DNA of 63,859 bases, filler included, from Hyphochytrium catenoides (Eukaryota > Protista > Hyphochytriomycota), in NCBI GenBank assembly GCA_900088475.1. It is 13 parts of 13 records of this genome, joined end to end, with 100 filler letters (N's around TTAATTAATTAA, not from the genome) between each part and the next. Parts side by side here need not be neighbours in the genome. Positions count along the whole stretch, not along the records: positions 37,464 to 38,787 come from FLMG01002896.1; positions 38,888 to 50,060 come from FLMG01003208.1; 11 more parts are not named here. One strand, 5' to 3'. Every line of letters begins with the position of its first letter. Within the stretch, counting starts at the first letter, position 1. Positions 37,464 through 46,510 of the stretch are shown here, piece by piece. The position numbers were made by a program, and so were the translations under genes. The notes below the pieces were generated by a model that was given only the letters and a program-made list of their open reading frames with translations, was not told where the DNA came from and did no database searches.

Positions 37464-38787
37464 TCCAGGACCATAAAGTTCAACTCCACCTCCTCCAAGT
37501 CATGGCCTTAAGCATAACATTTTCAGTAGGGAATAGGACCACGGGATTGGCAAGATAGACAACACTTTGAAGAGGAGGACCAACAACTACGTTGCCGTAC
37601 AATCGGGAAGAGAGTGAAGGAAGCGGGCAATGATAAGAGGCGACAGTATACTCTCAAGAACTCGATCCCAAAGGACAAAGTGTTAGATATAAACAGAGGA
37701 GCTACCAATCAGCAATGTCTACGCCATTACAGGCTATTAGCCATGGCTGATTGAGGCACGAGCTGGAGAGAAGGAGACTAAGGATTGCAATGTGTATGAG
37801 AGAAATTGCTACCAGAACAATGGAGCAGAAGGCGACGAAGCTTACTTTCTCCTAGATTTTTGTCGCAGATAGCCAGAAACTCGTCCAACATGATGGCTCC
37901 GTCCTTATTACTATCTACACTCTCAATCATCTATGATAGCAATGCGTCAGGCCCAGCATAGTCGAAAAGAAAAAAACAAGTCCCCAAAACAAGCCAGCAA
38001 GGCGATGTTGGGGCTAAGCGACTAAGGTACAGAAGCAGAAAGAGAAGCGAAGGTAGACCGAGGGGAGATGGACAGAGATCAAGTCCCACCTTTTGGAGCT
38101 TCTCCTGACTAGGGCGCTCACCTATTGCCTTGAGCAAGGCCAAGAGGTTATGAGGGTCCAGTTCCAGCTGACCTTGAGAGTTTGGCTTGGCATAGGCCTT
38201 AAACAGATTAGTGGTGACCTCCCTGATATTAACGTTAGGAGGAATGGTTAGCGTCAGATCGTGAAAGAGGTAAGCGGCTGGCACTAATGAGACGCGGTGG
38301 AGGCTCCGCTTTTGAGGAGGACTAGCTTAAGGGAGACAGGCGCGCTTGTGACCAAGATATAAGTGTCAACGTGTGAGAGAAGGGGAAGAAGCAATTCGAA
38401 GAAGAGCGTGAAGGGAGAGGCGAGAGAGTCGGTCCGTTCTCACTTGGGTGGGGGGATTTTTGGAGGTACAGAGCAAAGACAGAGACAATTTTCCATATTA
38501 TTTTGCATACGTTTCCTCTCACCTCCATGATCTCTGCTCGGTAGAGAATCCGAGCGACGCAGGTTGCTTTGCAGCCAGATCTGGAGAACTAGGAGCTAGT
38601 GCCCCTTGCATTATCGTAGCATTGGAGGCAAAAGAGGGAGCGGTTGCTTCAAGTACGGCACTAGGAGGCGATGGTTGGGTGGACGGTTGCAGAACAGGCG
38701 GTGTAGCGAGAGAGAGAGGTGAAGTTTCCTTTTTGCTTTCAGGAGCCTTCTCCTCGCTGCCCTTCTCACTCTTTGTAGGTCTCTCGT
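37464..38787 (-). CDS. EF-hand (calmodulin-like domain) protein preceded by a Pro/Ser-rich disordered region; partial at both ends
   Basis: Spliced exons give ...LLALLKAIGERPSQEKLQK|MIESVDSNKDGAIMLDEFLAIC...|HDLEEVELNFMVLD, with a canonical EF loop DSNKDGAIMLDE. Confidence 0.8.
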
Positions 38788-38887
38788 NNNNNNNNNNNNN
38801 NNNNNNNNNNNNNNNNNNNNNNNNNNNNNNNTTAATTAATTAANNNNNNNNNNNNNNNNNNNNNNNNNNNNNNNNNNNNNNNNNNNN

Positions 38888-41800
38888 ACCATCACAGTGG
38901 ACGTGGGGCTAGAAGGAGACGGAGAGAGAGCAATGGTTGGAGAGGCAGAAGGGCAGAAGCAGCGAGGGCATCTCGTCTCTGTGCAAATGAGTCCATTGAA
39001 GATACCGATGGGCACCTCCAACTGGAACATTAAGACGGACTTAGCCCTCGCGTCAGGGGCGAGAGGGATGAAGGAGAAGATGGCTGCCTTTCTCCCTGCT
39101 GTCCTCTATGGTGACAGAGATGTTCCTACTTCCGTCGTTATCAGAAACATTCGTCTCTCTCCTGCATCTGGCTCTCCGTCTTCCTCGTCAACTTCACCTG
39201 CAGACATTGATCAGCTCTCCTCACTGGAGCTTCGACTCTCAGGAAAGACGATCAGGAAGTACAACCCGCTCCATACCAAAGACGGAGAAGAGAGCTCTCT
39301 TCCTGTGGATCTCTCTCCTGTCCTGCCCAAGTCTTTCGCATCTCTTCTCTCGTCCTTTTCTCTTAAAGATATTCATAGTGCAGAGCTGGCGACAAAGGCA
39401 GGAGAAAAGCTGGATGTTAACGCTGCATTTTCCTATAGTTTCGGGCTCAATCTGAAGGCAGACGTGCCCTCTGCATCTGTACTTCTTGCCGTGGATGACA
39501 CCAAGCTCCTGCGAGTCTCTCTCTCCTCTCTCTCCATAGAGCAAGAAGGCACCATGAAGCCACAGCTTGGGTTGGACTTTAGTCTAACTGACAAGGGAGG
39601 GAACGGCAATGGGCAGACCGAGGAGGAGAGGAAGCGAGTGGCAGAAAAGATTGCTGAGATTGTCAACAGCCTGCTACAGAAGGGCCAAGTGTCTAAAGAC
39701 TTGGAGGTTAGAGAGATATACTTTGGCGCCAGCAGCGAGGATGAGAACGACCTTCTTTCGGCTACCTCTATCCTTCTCCCTACAGCTGGCACAGATGCCA
39801 AGAACTTCGTCCCAACTCTATTGAGCAAGCTGCTGGTCCCGGCTCTTCCTCTCTCTTCTCTCTCCTCTCTTGGCGTTGGACTCATCTCTGTAAAACTGAA
39901 GGCGAAGCCGCGGAAGTCCATGGACCTTGGAACAGAGCTGACAGGACTGAACAAGCTCCTCAAGCCTAAGATTTCTATGGATCTCGGATATGTACAAGGA
40001 GGCGTAGATCTCTCTTCTTCCCCTTTCCTCTCCTTTCTGATGGCTAAAGGTCTTCAAATGGGATCAGGAAAGAGAGAAAGGGAGGGAGAGGTGATGGCGC
40101 TGGATATGGGACTGCAGTTCAGAGACAACGAAGAGACGGCAGTGAGGATGAGCCAGTTGGTAAGCAACTTTCTCTCGGGCTCTGCTCTCTCTTCTTCTCT
40201 CTCTCTTGCCGGTCTCTACCTAGGGGCAGACGCAAAAGACGTCATCACGGCTTTCTCTCTCGTCTCTGTCAGCATTGACCTGGACAGAGTCATAGGCCCA
40301 GGAAGAGAACCGATCTCTCTCTCTCAGATGGCAGTGGACTTTGTAAAGCAAGAGCTAGAGGGGCAAGGAGAGGAGTCAGCAATGGTTAGGGACCTTAGAG
40401 ATCTGCGCTTTGCCACGCAGCCTCTCTCTTCTTTCTTGATTGGCGCGCTGGTGACTGTGGATATGGGCTTCAAGGTAGATATGGACCTGGGCTATGCAGG
40501 AGCAGGAGTTAGCCTGGATGGCACCAAAGCCTTCTCTGCCTCTCTCTCTCCCTTTGGAGTCTCTTCCTCTCCTTCTGCTACTCCTTCTTCGGTCAATATC
40601 TCTGCCCTGCTGCGTGTTCATGACGAGGAAGAAGAGCTGGCCGATAGGCTTGGGGCTATCACTGAGGAGTTTGGGCGATCAGGAAAATGGGGAGGAAGAG
40701 TAGAGTTTGGGAGACTTCTGTTTGGAGCCTCTTCTACTCCTGCAGACCTCATCCAGTGTTTCTCTCTAATCGCTGTTCCTCTCTCTCTTCAAGAGATTCT
40801 TCCTCCCGTTATAGACAACGCCCTCTCCAAGTTGCCGTTGCCTATCTCTTCTATGGAAGAAGTGAAAGATAAGCTGGGACTGGAGGTGGGACGAGCTGCC
40901 GTGGAGACAAGGAGACAGAAGACTTTGGGCGTGCAAGGCGAGGCTTCGTTCCGCAATCCCTTCCCTGTCGCTGTAGATGTTGGCTATCTCTCTACCTCTG
41001 TCTCTATTCAAGCCATCCCGGGCCATGGAAAGAGAGACGCCTCTCTTCTCTCTCTTGCGCTCCCTTCTCTCACTCTCTTGCCCTATAAACCTGGCAATCA
41101 GTCCGCCAGCCAACTGAAGCTGGACATGGCCGTTCGATTTGAGGAAGAGCCTTTGACAGCTCCATCAGTGGCTCGGGCGGTGCAGAACTTCTTGGGCGGC
41201 GGTCCATTAGCGACTCGGATCTCAGCTGGCAATCTCCACATAGGCTACAGCGCCGAAGACTATGTACGGAGCTTCAGGAAGATGAAGATCCCGGTAGATT
41301 TGGACCGGATCATCCGCGTCTCCGAGCCTATAGATTTAACCAGGAAGGTTGTCCAGGTGGTGGATGGGATGGTCAAAGGAGAAGTAAATGGCACCAGGCC
41401 GGCTGTCCTGCTGCAGTCTGCGGCTGTGGATATGCGGCCTCAGGACACGCTGGGGCTACAGGCTGCCCTAACTATTGATCTAGGGGCGATGATAGGCATT
41501 GAGTTCCCTGTGGCGGTCAGTCTCGGGCATCTCAAAACCGGTTTGAGCTTGGACGATGTTGACGCCTTCACGCTGAGGATGTCGGACGGTCTCTCTCTTT
41601 CTCTACCAGGAGAGAAGAAGACAGGAGGAGAGAAGATGGAGCTGAAAGGAGAAGTGCAGGTCCACGACACAGAGTCTCTTGCTGGCAAGCTTGAGACCAT
41701 CGTTGCTGCCTATAATAAGAATTCTGTCTTTCCTGGCTCTCTCTCTGTCGGAAGCTTTGTCTTTGGTGTCTCTGAGGAAGACAGTATCCAGGCATTCTCG

Positions 41801-44800
41801 GCAATCCTCCTTCCTCTCTCACTTGACCCACTCGTTCAACCCGTTCTTTCTTATGCTCTCTCTTCCTTGGGTCTTTCTTCTTCGGCTTCTCCTTCTTCGG
41901 GCGGCCTGAGTGGCCTAGTCTCCGCTGTGGATCTCGACATTGGCTACGCAGACATTGAGACGAAGCCTGGAAAGAAGTTAGACTTCAAGACAGAGGCGAG
42001 CTTTATCTTTCCCTTCCCTTCTGTGTCTCTCTCCGTGGGCTTCTTTGGCACTGGGATTGGGATCAATCAGGCTCCTCTTCTAGATGTCCGAAGTCTTTCT
42101 CCTCTCACTCTTTCCTCTTCTGTCTCCTCTCTCTCAACTTCGGTACTAGAGAGCAATAGGACCCACAGCCAGGACAAGGCAGAGAGAAGAGCGAGCAATC
42201 TCTCTCTATCTCTCTCCCTCGAGTTCAACGAGGATGGTAGGACCGCGGGAGAAGTGAAGAAAGTCGCTGAGAGCGTGATCCTGGGACACGGGAGAAAGAG
42301 TGAGTCTCAGGCTGTCGTCTCTTCCCTCGTTTTTGGCTTTAGCTCGGAGGACTACATCCGTGCTTTTCACCGGGTAAAGCTGGAGTTGGACCTGGACAAG
42401 CTGCTGGAGGTAGAAAAGAAGCGAGAAGAGCCTTCCCTTCTCCAAAGAGTGGAAGAGAAACTGGAAGCTGCAATAGAAGGGGCCATCTATGGAGGAAAGA
42501 ATGGCACGACCGAGACTCCCCTCTCTCTTCGCTCTCTTTCTCTCTCTGCTCTACCGCGTAAATCACTGAGTGTGGCAGCACTCGCAGAGGTGGACCTCCT
42601 CTCTCTCCTAGGCCTGCCATTCCCTCTCTCTCTCTCTCTCGGCTATGCCACCGCAGATATCGGGTTTGATTCCGTCGAAGGTTTCCATGCTGCTCTGGGA
42701 GACGGGCTGAAGCTGAAAAGAGAAGAGAAAGAGATAGCTCTTGGAGCGACGGTAGCGGTGAAAGACACGTTAGAGCTGAGAGAGAAGCTTGGACAAATAT
42801 TTGAGACGTACAGCGAGAAAGGTGTGTTCCCTGGTCAGATCGCTCTCTCGGGCCTTACTTTTGGTGCTTCTGCAGATGGAGAGAGAGAGAGAGGAGAGAC
42901 GATTAAGGCTCTCTCTCTCGTTCAGATTCCTCTCAACTTGAACAAGCTAGTGCGACCCCTTGCTAGATACGTGGGTGACTATGTCGACTCTCTCTTGAAG
43001 AGGCTAGGAGAGCAGGAGGATGTTCTTTCCTCTCTCCTTCAGGCGCTAGAGAAGGGAGAGAAGATGCAGATCAGTGATGGCCTTGCGCTCACTCTCTCTG
43101 GCCTTGACTGTGCTTTCGCTCCTGCCTCCAGACTGGATATTGCCACCGCTGCTGTTCTCACAACGCCTTGGAACTTGACAGCTTCTCTCCCTCTTGTCGG
43201 TCTCTCTCTTGGCCTGGACTCTCTCTCTTTCCTCTCTCTTGATGTATTGGGTCTCTCTCTCCTCTCTAGTGGCAAAGAGAACCCAGTAGACCTCAAGGTG
43301 GTAGCTTCGTTCGGGGAGAGCCAGGCTCTTATCGAGCAGATTGGCGTTCTTTCTCGCTCCTTTCTCTTAGGAGAGCAGCTCAAGGGTAATGTAAGAATGG
43401 GAGGAGCCAAAGTCGGAGGAACGGACAAAGAGGAAGACGTTATCCTTGCTTTTTCTAAGGTCTTCTTCTCTCTTGAACTGGAGAGACTTCTCTCTCCTCT
43501 TCTTCGTGGACTTTCAGCAAAGAAAGTAGATGTTCTGGGCCTCATGGAGAAGTTTAAGCTTCAAATAGGAGATGTGGCGCTGAAGGCGGAGACTGGCCGT
43601 GCTCTCTCTACGTCTCTCTCCGCTTCGATGGACAACACTCTTCCTGTCTCTCTCGCTGGCCTGGGCTATTTTGCACTCCCTAACGTGGGCGTTGACTCTG
43701 TGAAGATCTTAGAGATGCAAATGAAGAGTCCTCTATCTCTCTCGCGTGGAGTCAACCACCTGGAGGTCTCTCCAAGGGTGAGCTTTACAGGCGAAGGGGA
43801 CGGGAACAGCTCGTCTTCTCTCTCTCTTGCGCAAGAAAAGGTGGCCGCACTAGTGAAGGCTCTTCTTAACGAGAGGGAGACTGGACTCGACACGTCTCTT
43901 ACCGTCCAAGGAGTGTCGTTTGGCATAAATGAGAAGGAGAGAATCCGCACTTTTGAGAAGCTTTCTCTCTCTCTTCCTGCTGCCTCTCTACTTAACCGCA
44001 AACTGATGGATGTCCTCCTCCACCAGCTGACGGGGCTCAACAGCTCCTCCTCTCAGTCTCTCCCTGAGGTGCTGATGGATCGCTTAGGCCTTGAAAGCGC
44101 TAACATCGACGCTGCAGAGCCAGGAGCGCTGACACTGGACGCAGCTGTTAGCTTTCGAGACATTCTTCCTCGTCTCTCTATAGATTTTCCCTTCCTCTCT
44201 CTTTCAATTTCTTTAGATGGCACTGAGCTGGGCTCTTTGTCTATTTCTGAGGGCTTCCACCTTGGTCCAGTCGGAGAGAAAGGGACAGGCAACTCATCCT
44301 CTCCTTCTCTCTTCTCATCTCTCAAGTCAAAGGTACATCTTCTCTACTCTGATGCCCTGGCAGCAGCCGTGGCCAAAGTGATTCAACAGCTCCAGAGCCT
44401 GGATTCTCCTCTCTCGGGTACCGCAGGCGTGATGAAGCTGCGCTTCGGCTTCTCTCCTGAGGATAACATCTCTCTCTTTTCTCTCGCTGACCTGGCTTTC
44501 TCTCTCTCTCCCTTTCTCTCTCCTGTGAGAAAGAAGGTTCACGAGATAGCAGAAGGCGTGGCCTTTGGCACTAATCAACATCTCCTCACATCTGAAGATC
44601 TTTCTTTCTCAATCCCAGAAGGCGAGAAGAACCCGCAGCTGAGGATGGATGGAAAGGTAAAAGTAGCGGGACTGCCTCAGAAGTTCAGAGTCAATTTGCC
44701 CTTTATCTCTATGAATGTTGCCGTCAACGGGAGAGAGATGATGCTTCCCCGTTTCTCTTCTATGACGATAGACAATGGAGGAGAGATCTCTTTCTCTTCC

Positions 44801-46246
44801 ACGCTTCCTATCTCTCCTGACCGCTCTGTCATGGGAGACTTCTTCAATCTCTTTGTAGACATGGCTTTCCATAGGAATCTGGAGAACATGAAGGCAACGG
44901 TCTCTGTCTCTTCCCTGAAGTTTGGCTATGACGAGAGCTCTTCTTTCTCTCTTGCAAAAGCCGGAGTCGTGAGCGTTGTCCTGGATAGGGTCTTGAGAGA
45001 AGCATGGACGTTCTTCGATGAGAAGAGACCTATGGAGTTTGATGAGCTCAGGGCAAACTGTGTGCCAGCAGGAGCAGATGCCTATCTCACGGTTCTCCCC
45101 TTCAAAGGTCCTATTCTCTCTTCTCTCTCTATCCGCATCCCCTCTCTCTTGGGCTATGGCTATTTTAAGGGCGACACGGTCATCGGAGAGGGCTGGTTCT
45201 CTGATATCAAGGTAGAGAAGGGAAAGGGGGAGATCTCCTTCAAGATTCTCGTTCTTCCCGTGGAGCCAGGCATTGGAGAGGCTCTACAAGCCGCCGTACC
45301 ACGTCTTCTCCAGTGGAAGAGCTTCACAGAGGATATCTCCCTAGGAGGAGTGACTGTCTTCTCTCTTCCAGATGGGCGGCAAGCTACGCCCGAGTATGCG
45401 TCCGATATGTTCAGCTCAATGCGGTTTCTCACGCCTCCTCTCTATCTCTTCTCTCCACTCCGGCTCCGCCCTCACTTCAGACTCTTCCCTCTCGAGCTCA
45501 GACTAGACATTGGCTTTCACAACGGTGGACCGCTCTACGCAGATGTTAGCGATGAGTTCTATGTCAGAGTGAAGAACAGAGAAAAGACCATCGTGGACGT
45601 CTCCATCACTTCTCCGCTCATCATTCACAATAGCAAGAGTAACGGCGGCAACACGCTCATTTCTGCGCTGATAAAGCCGACGTTCTCTATATTGGACCTT
45701 CCTCGCATGCTCTTTGATCTCTTTATGATAAAGAAGCGCTACTCTATGGAGTTCGAGGCGATCAAGCAGAAAGAGACAATAGACTGGCTTGGCAATACGT
45801 TGAACCATGTCCCCGGAGCCGTCTTCCATCACCTGATTCCTATCATTATCTCTCTCTTCAAGCATACAAAGCTGGGAGGTCTACCCCGCGTAGATCAGAT
45901 TCCTACGGCTCGGATGCCTGAGGTGGAGATTGAGGAAGGGGAAGCTGAAGGAGACATGCCTTCCTTTGATGAGATGACGCCTTTGAACTCCACGAACAAT
46001 GGCACGACCCTCCACGCAAAGGAAGAGGGAGACGAAGAGCGAAAGATAGAGCCTCAGACAGAGAAAGTGACGGTGGTTGTGCCCGCGGCAGGAGAACGAG
46101 AAGTAGGAGGAACAGGAGCAAATGCTACTCTCACTGACTCTCCTCTTCCTACTTCTACGGTGCCAAAGTTGAGAAGTCTCCGTCAGCGCAGCGCTGGGCA
46201 GAAGGCAGCGGCCCAAGCAGGACGGAAGATGAGAAGAACGGAATAG
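38888..46246 (+). CDS. Giant intronless repeat protein (>2450 aa, N-terminus lost in the gap) with ~12-13 divergent beta-rich repeats, DUF3712/Tag1/LEA_2-like
   Basis: A 7.36-kb stop-free frame runs from the contig edge. A recurring motif G.S.ED.I.AFS.V.L.L.LD marks the repeats, alongside NPFPVAVDVGYL/(D/S)LGY-type strands, and there are many N-glycosylation sequons. The CDS is certain; the family call is inferred. Confidence 0.85.
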   Translation, partial: TITVDVGLEGDGERAMVGEAEGQKQRGHLVSVQMSPLKIPMGTSNWNIKTDLALASGARGMKEKMAAFLPAVLYGDRDVPTSVVIRNIRLSPASGSPSSSSTSPADIDQLSSLELRLSGKTIRKYNPLHTKDGEESSLPVDLSPVLPKSFASLLSSFSLKDIHSAELATKAGEKLDVNAAFSYSFGLNLKADVPSASVLLAVDDTKLLRVSLSSLSIEQEGTMKPQLGLDFSLTDKGGNGNGQTEEERKRVAEKIAEIVNSLLQKGQVSKDLEVREIYFGASSEDENDLLSATSILLPTAGTDAKNFVPTLLSKLLVPALPLSSLSSLGVGLISVKLKAKPRKSMDLGTELTGLNKLLKPKISMDLGYVQGGVDLSSSPFLSFLMAKGLQMGSGKREREGEVMALDMGLQFRDNEETAVRMSQLVSNFLSGSALSSSLSLAGLYLGADAKDVITAFSLVSVSIDLDRVIGPGREPISLSQMAVDFVKQELEGQGEESAMVRDLRDLRFATQPLSSFLIGALVTVDMGFKVDMDLGYAGAGVSLDGTKAFSASLSPFGVSSSPSATPSSVNISALLRVHDEEEELADRLGAITEEFGRSGKWGGRVEFGRLLFGASSTPADLIQCFSLIAVPLSLQEILPPVIDNALSKLPLPISSMEEVKDKLGLEVGRAAVETRRQKTLGVQGEASFRNPFPVAVDVGYLSTSVSIQAIPGHGKRDASLLSLALPSLTLLPYKPGNQSASQLKLDMAVRFEEEPLTAPSVARAVQNFLGGGPLATRISAGNLHIGYSAEDYVRSFRKMKIPVDLDRIIRVSEPIDLTRKVVQVVDGMVKGEVNGTRPAVLLQSAAVDMRPQDTLGLQAALTIDLGAMIGIEFPVAVSLGHLKTGLSLDDVDAFTLRMSDGLSLSLPGEKKTGGEKMELKGEVQVHDTESLAGKLETIVAAYNKNSVFPGSLSVGSFVFGVSEEDSIQAFSAILLPLSLDPLVQPVLSYALSSLGLSSSASPSSGGLSGLVSAVDLDIGYADIETKPGKKLDFKTEASFIFPFPSVSLSVGFFGTGIGINQAPLLDVRSLSPLTLSSSVSSLSTSVLESNRTHSQDKAERRASNLSLSLSLEFNEDGRTAGEVKKVAESVILGHGRKSESQAVVSSLVFGFSSEDYIRAFHRVKLELDLDKLLEVEKKREEPSLLQRVEEKLEAAIEGAIYGGKNGTTETPLSLRSLSLSALPRKSLSVAALAEVDLLSLLGLPFPLSLSLGYATADIGFDSVEGFHAALGDGLKLKREEKEIALGATVAVKDTLELREKLGQIFETYSEKGVFPGQIALSGLTFGASADGERERGETIKALSLVQIPLNLNKLVRPLARYVGDYVDSLLKRLGEQEDVLSSLLQALEKGEKMQISDGLALTLSGLDCAFAPASRLDIATAAVLTTPWNLTASLPLVGLSLGLDSLSFLSLDVLGLSLLSSGKENPVDLKVVASFGESQALIEQIGVLSRSFLLGEQLKGNVRMGGAKVGGTDKEEDVILAFSKVFFSLELERLLSPLLRGLSAKKVDVLGLMEKFKLQIGDVALKAETGRALSTSLSASMDNTLPVSLAGLGYFALPNVGVDSVKILEMQMKSPLSLSRGVNHLEVSPRVSFTGEGDGNSSSSLSLAQEKVAALVKALLNERETGLDTSLTVQGVSFGINEKERIRTFEKLSLSLPAASLLNRKLMDVLLHQLTGLNSSSSQSLPEVLMDRLGLESANIDAAEPGALTLDAAVSFRDILPRLSIDFPFLSLSISLDGTELGSLSISEGFHLGPVGEKGTGNSSSPSLFSSLKSKVHLLYSDALAAAVAKVIQQLQSLDSPLSGTAGVMKLRFGFSPEDNISLFSLADLAFSLSPFLSPVRKKVHEIAEGVAFGTNQHLLTSEDLSFSIPEGEKNPQLRMDGKVKVAGLPQKFRVNLPFISMNVAVNGREMMLPRFSSMTIDNGGEISFSSTLPISPDRSVMGDFFNLFVDMAFHRNLENMKATVSVSSLKFGYDESSSFSLAKAGVVSVVLDRVLREAWTFFDEKRPMEFDELRANCVPAGADAYLTVLPFKGPILSSLSIRIPSLLGYGYFKGDTVIGEGWFSDIKVEKGKGEISFKILVLPVEPGIGEALQAAVPRLLQWKSFTEDISLGGVTVFSLPDGRQATPEYASDMFSSMRFLTPPLYLFSPLRLRPHFRLFPLELRLDIGFHNGGPLYADVSDEFYVRVKNREKTIVDVSITSPLIIHNSKSNGGNTLISALIKPTFSILDLPRMLFDLFMIKKRYSMEFEAIKQKETIDWLGNTLNHVPGAVFHHLIPIIISLFKHTKLGGLPRVDQIPTARMPEVEIEEGEAEGDMPSFDEMTPLNSTNNGTTLHAKEEGDEERKIEPQTEKVTVVVPAAGEREVGGTGANATLTDSPLPTSTVPKLRSLRQRSAGQKAAAQAGRKMRRTE

Positions 46247-46510
46247 GAGAGGTTGCTTATGTTTCAGTGCCAATAGTACGTTAGTTAGGACTATTTAACT
46301 CTTTTTCTCTTCTTGCTCTTTGATAGAAGAGAGCGAGTCATATTTATGAATGATCACTATTACCTTATATACTAGCCCCATGTACTAGGCTCGCTCAGTC
46401 ACATCGTAGCTGTGACAGGTCTCTTCTGCCTTGACAGGGAGAGAGAAAGGCTAAATAAAGTGCTAGGAGATGCGCATGGTGGCGTCTTCCTCCAGGTGGT
46501 AGGCTCTCAA

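Noticed and set aside
39000-46273. Many antisense or alternate-frame ORFs within the giant gene
   Set aside because: Shadow ORFs caused by CT/GA-biased codons that are poor in stop codons
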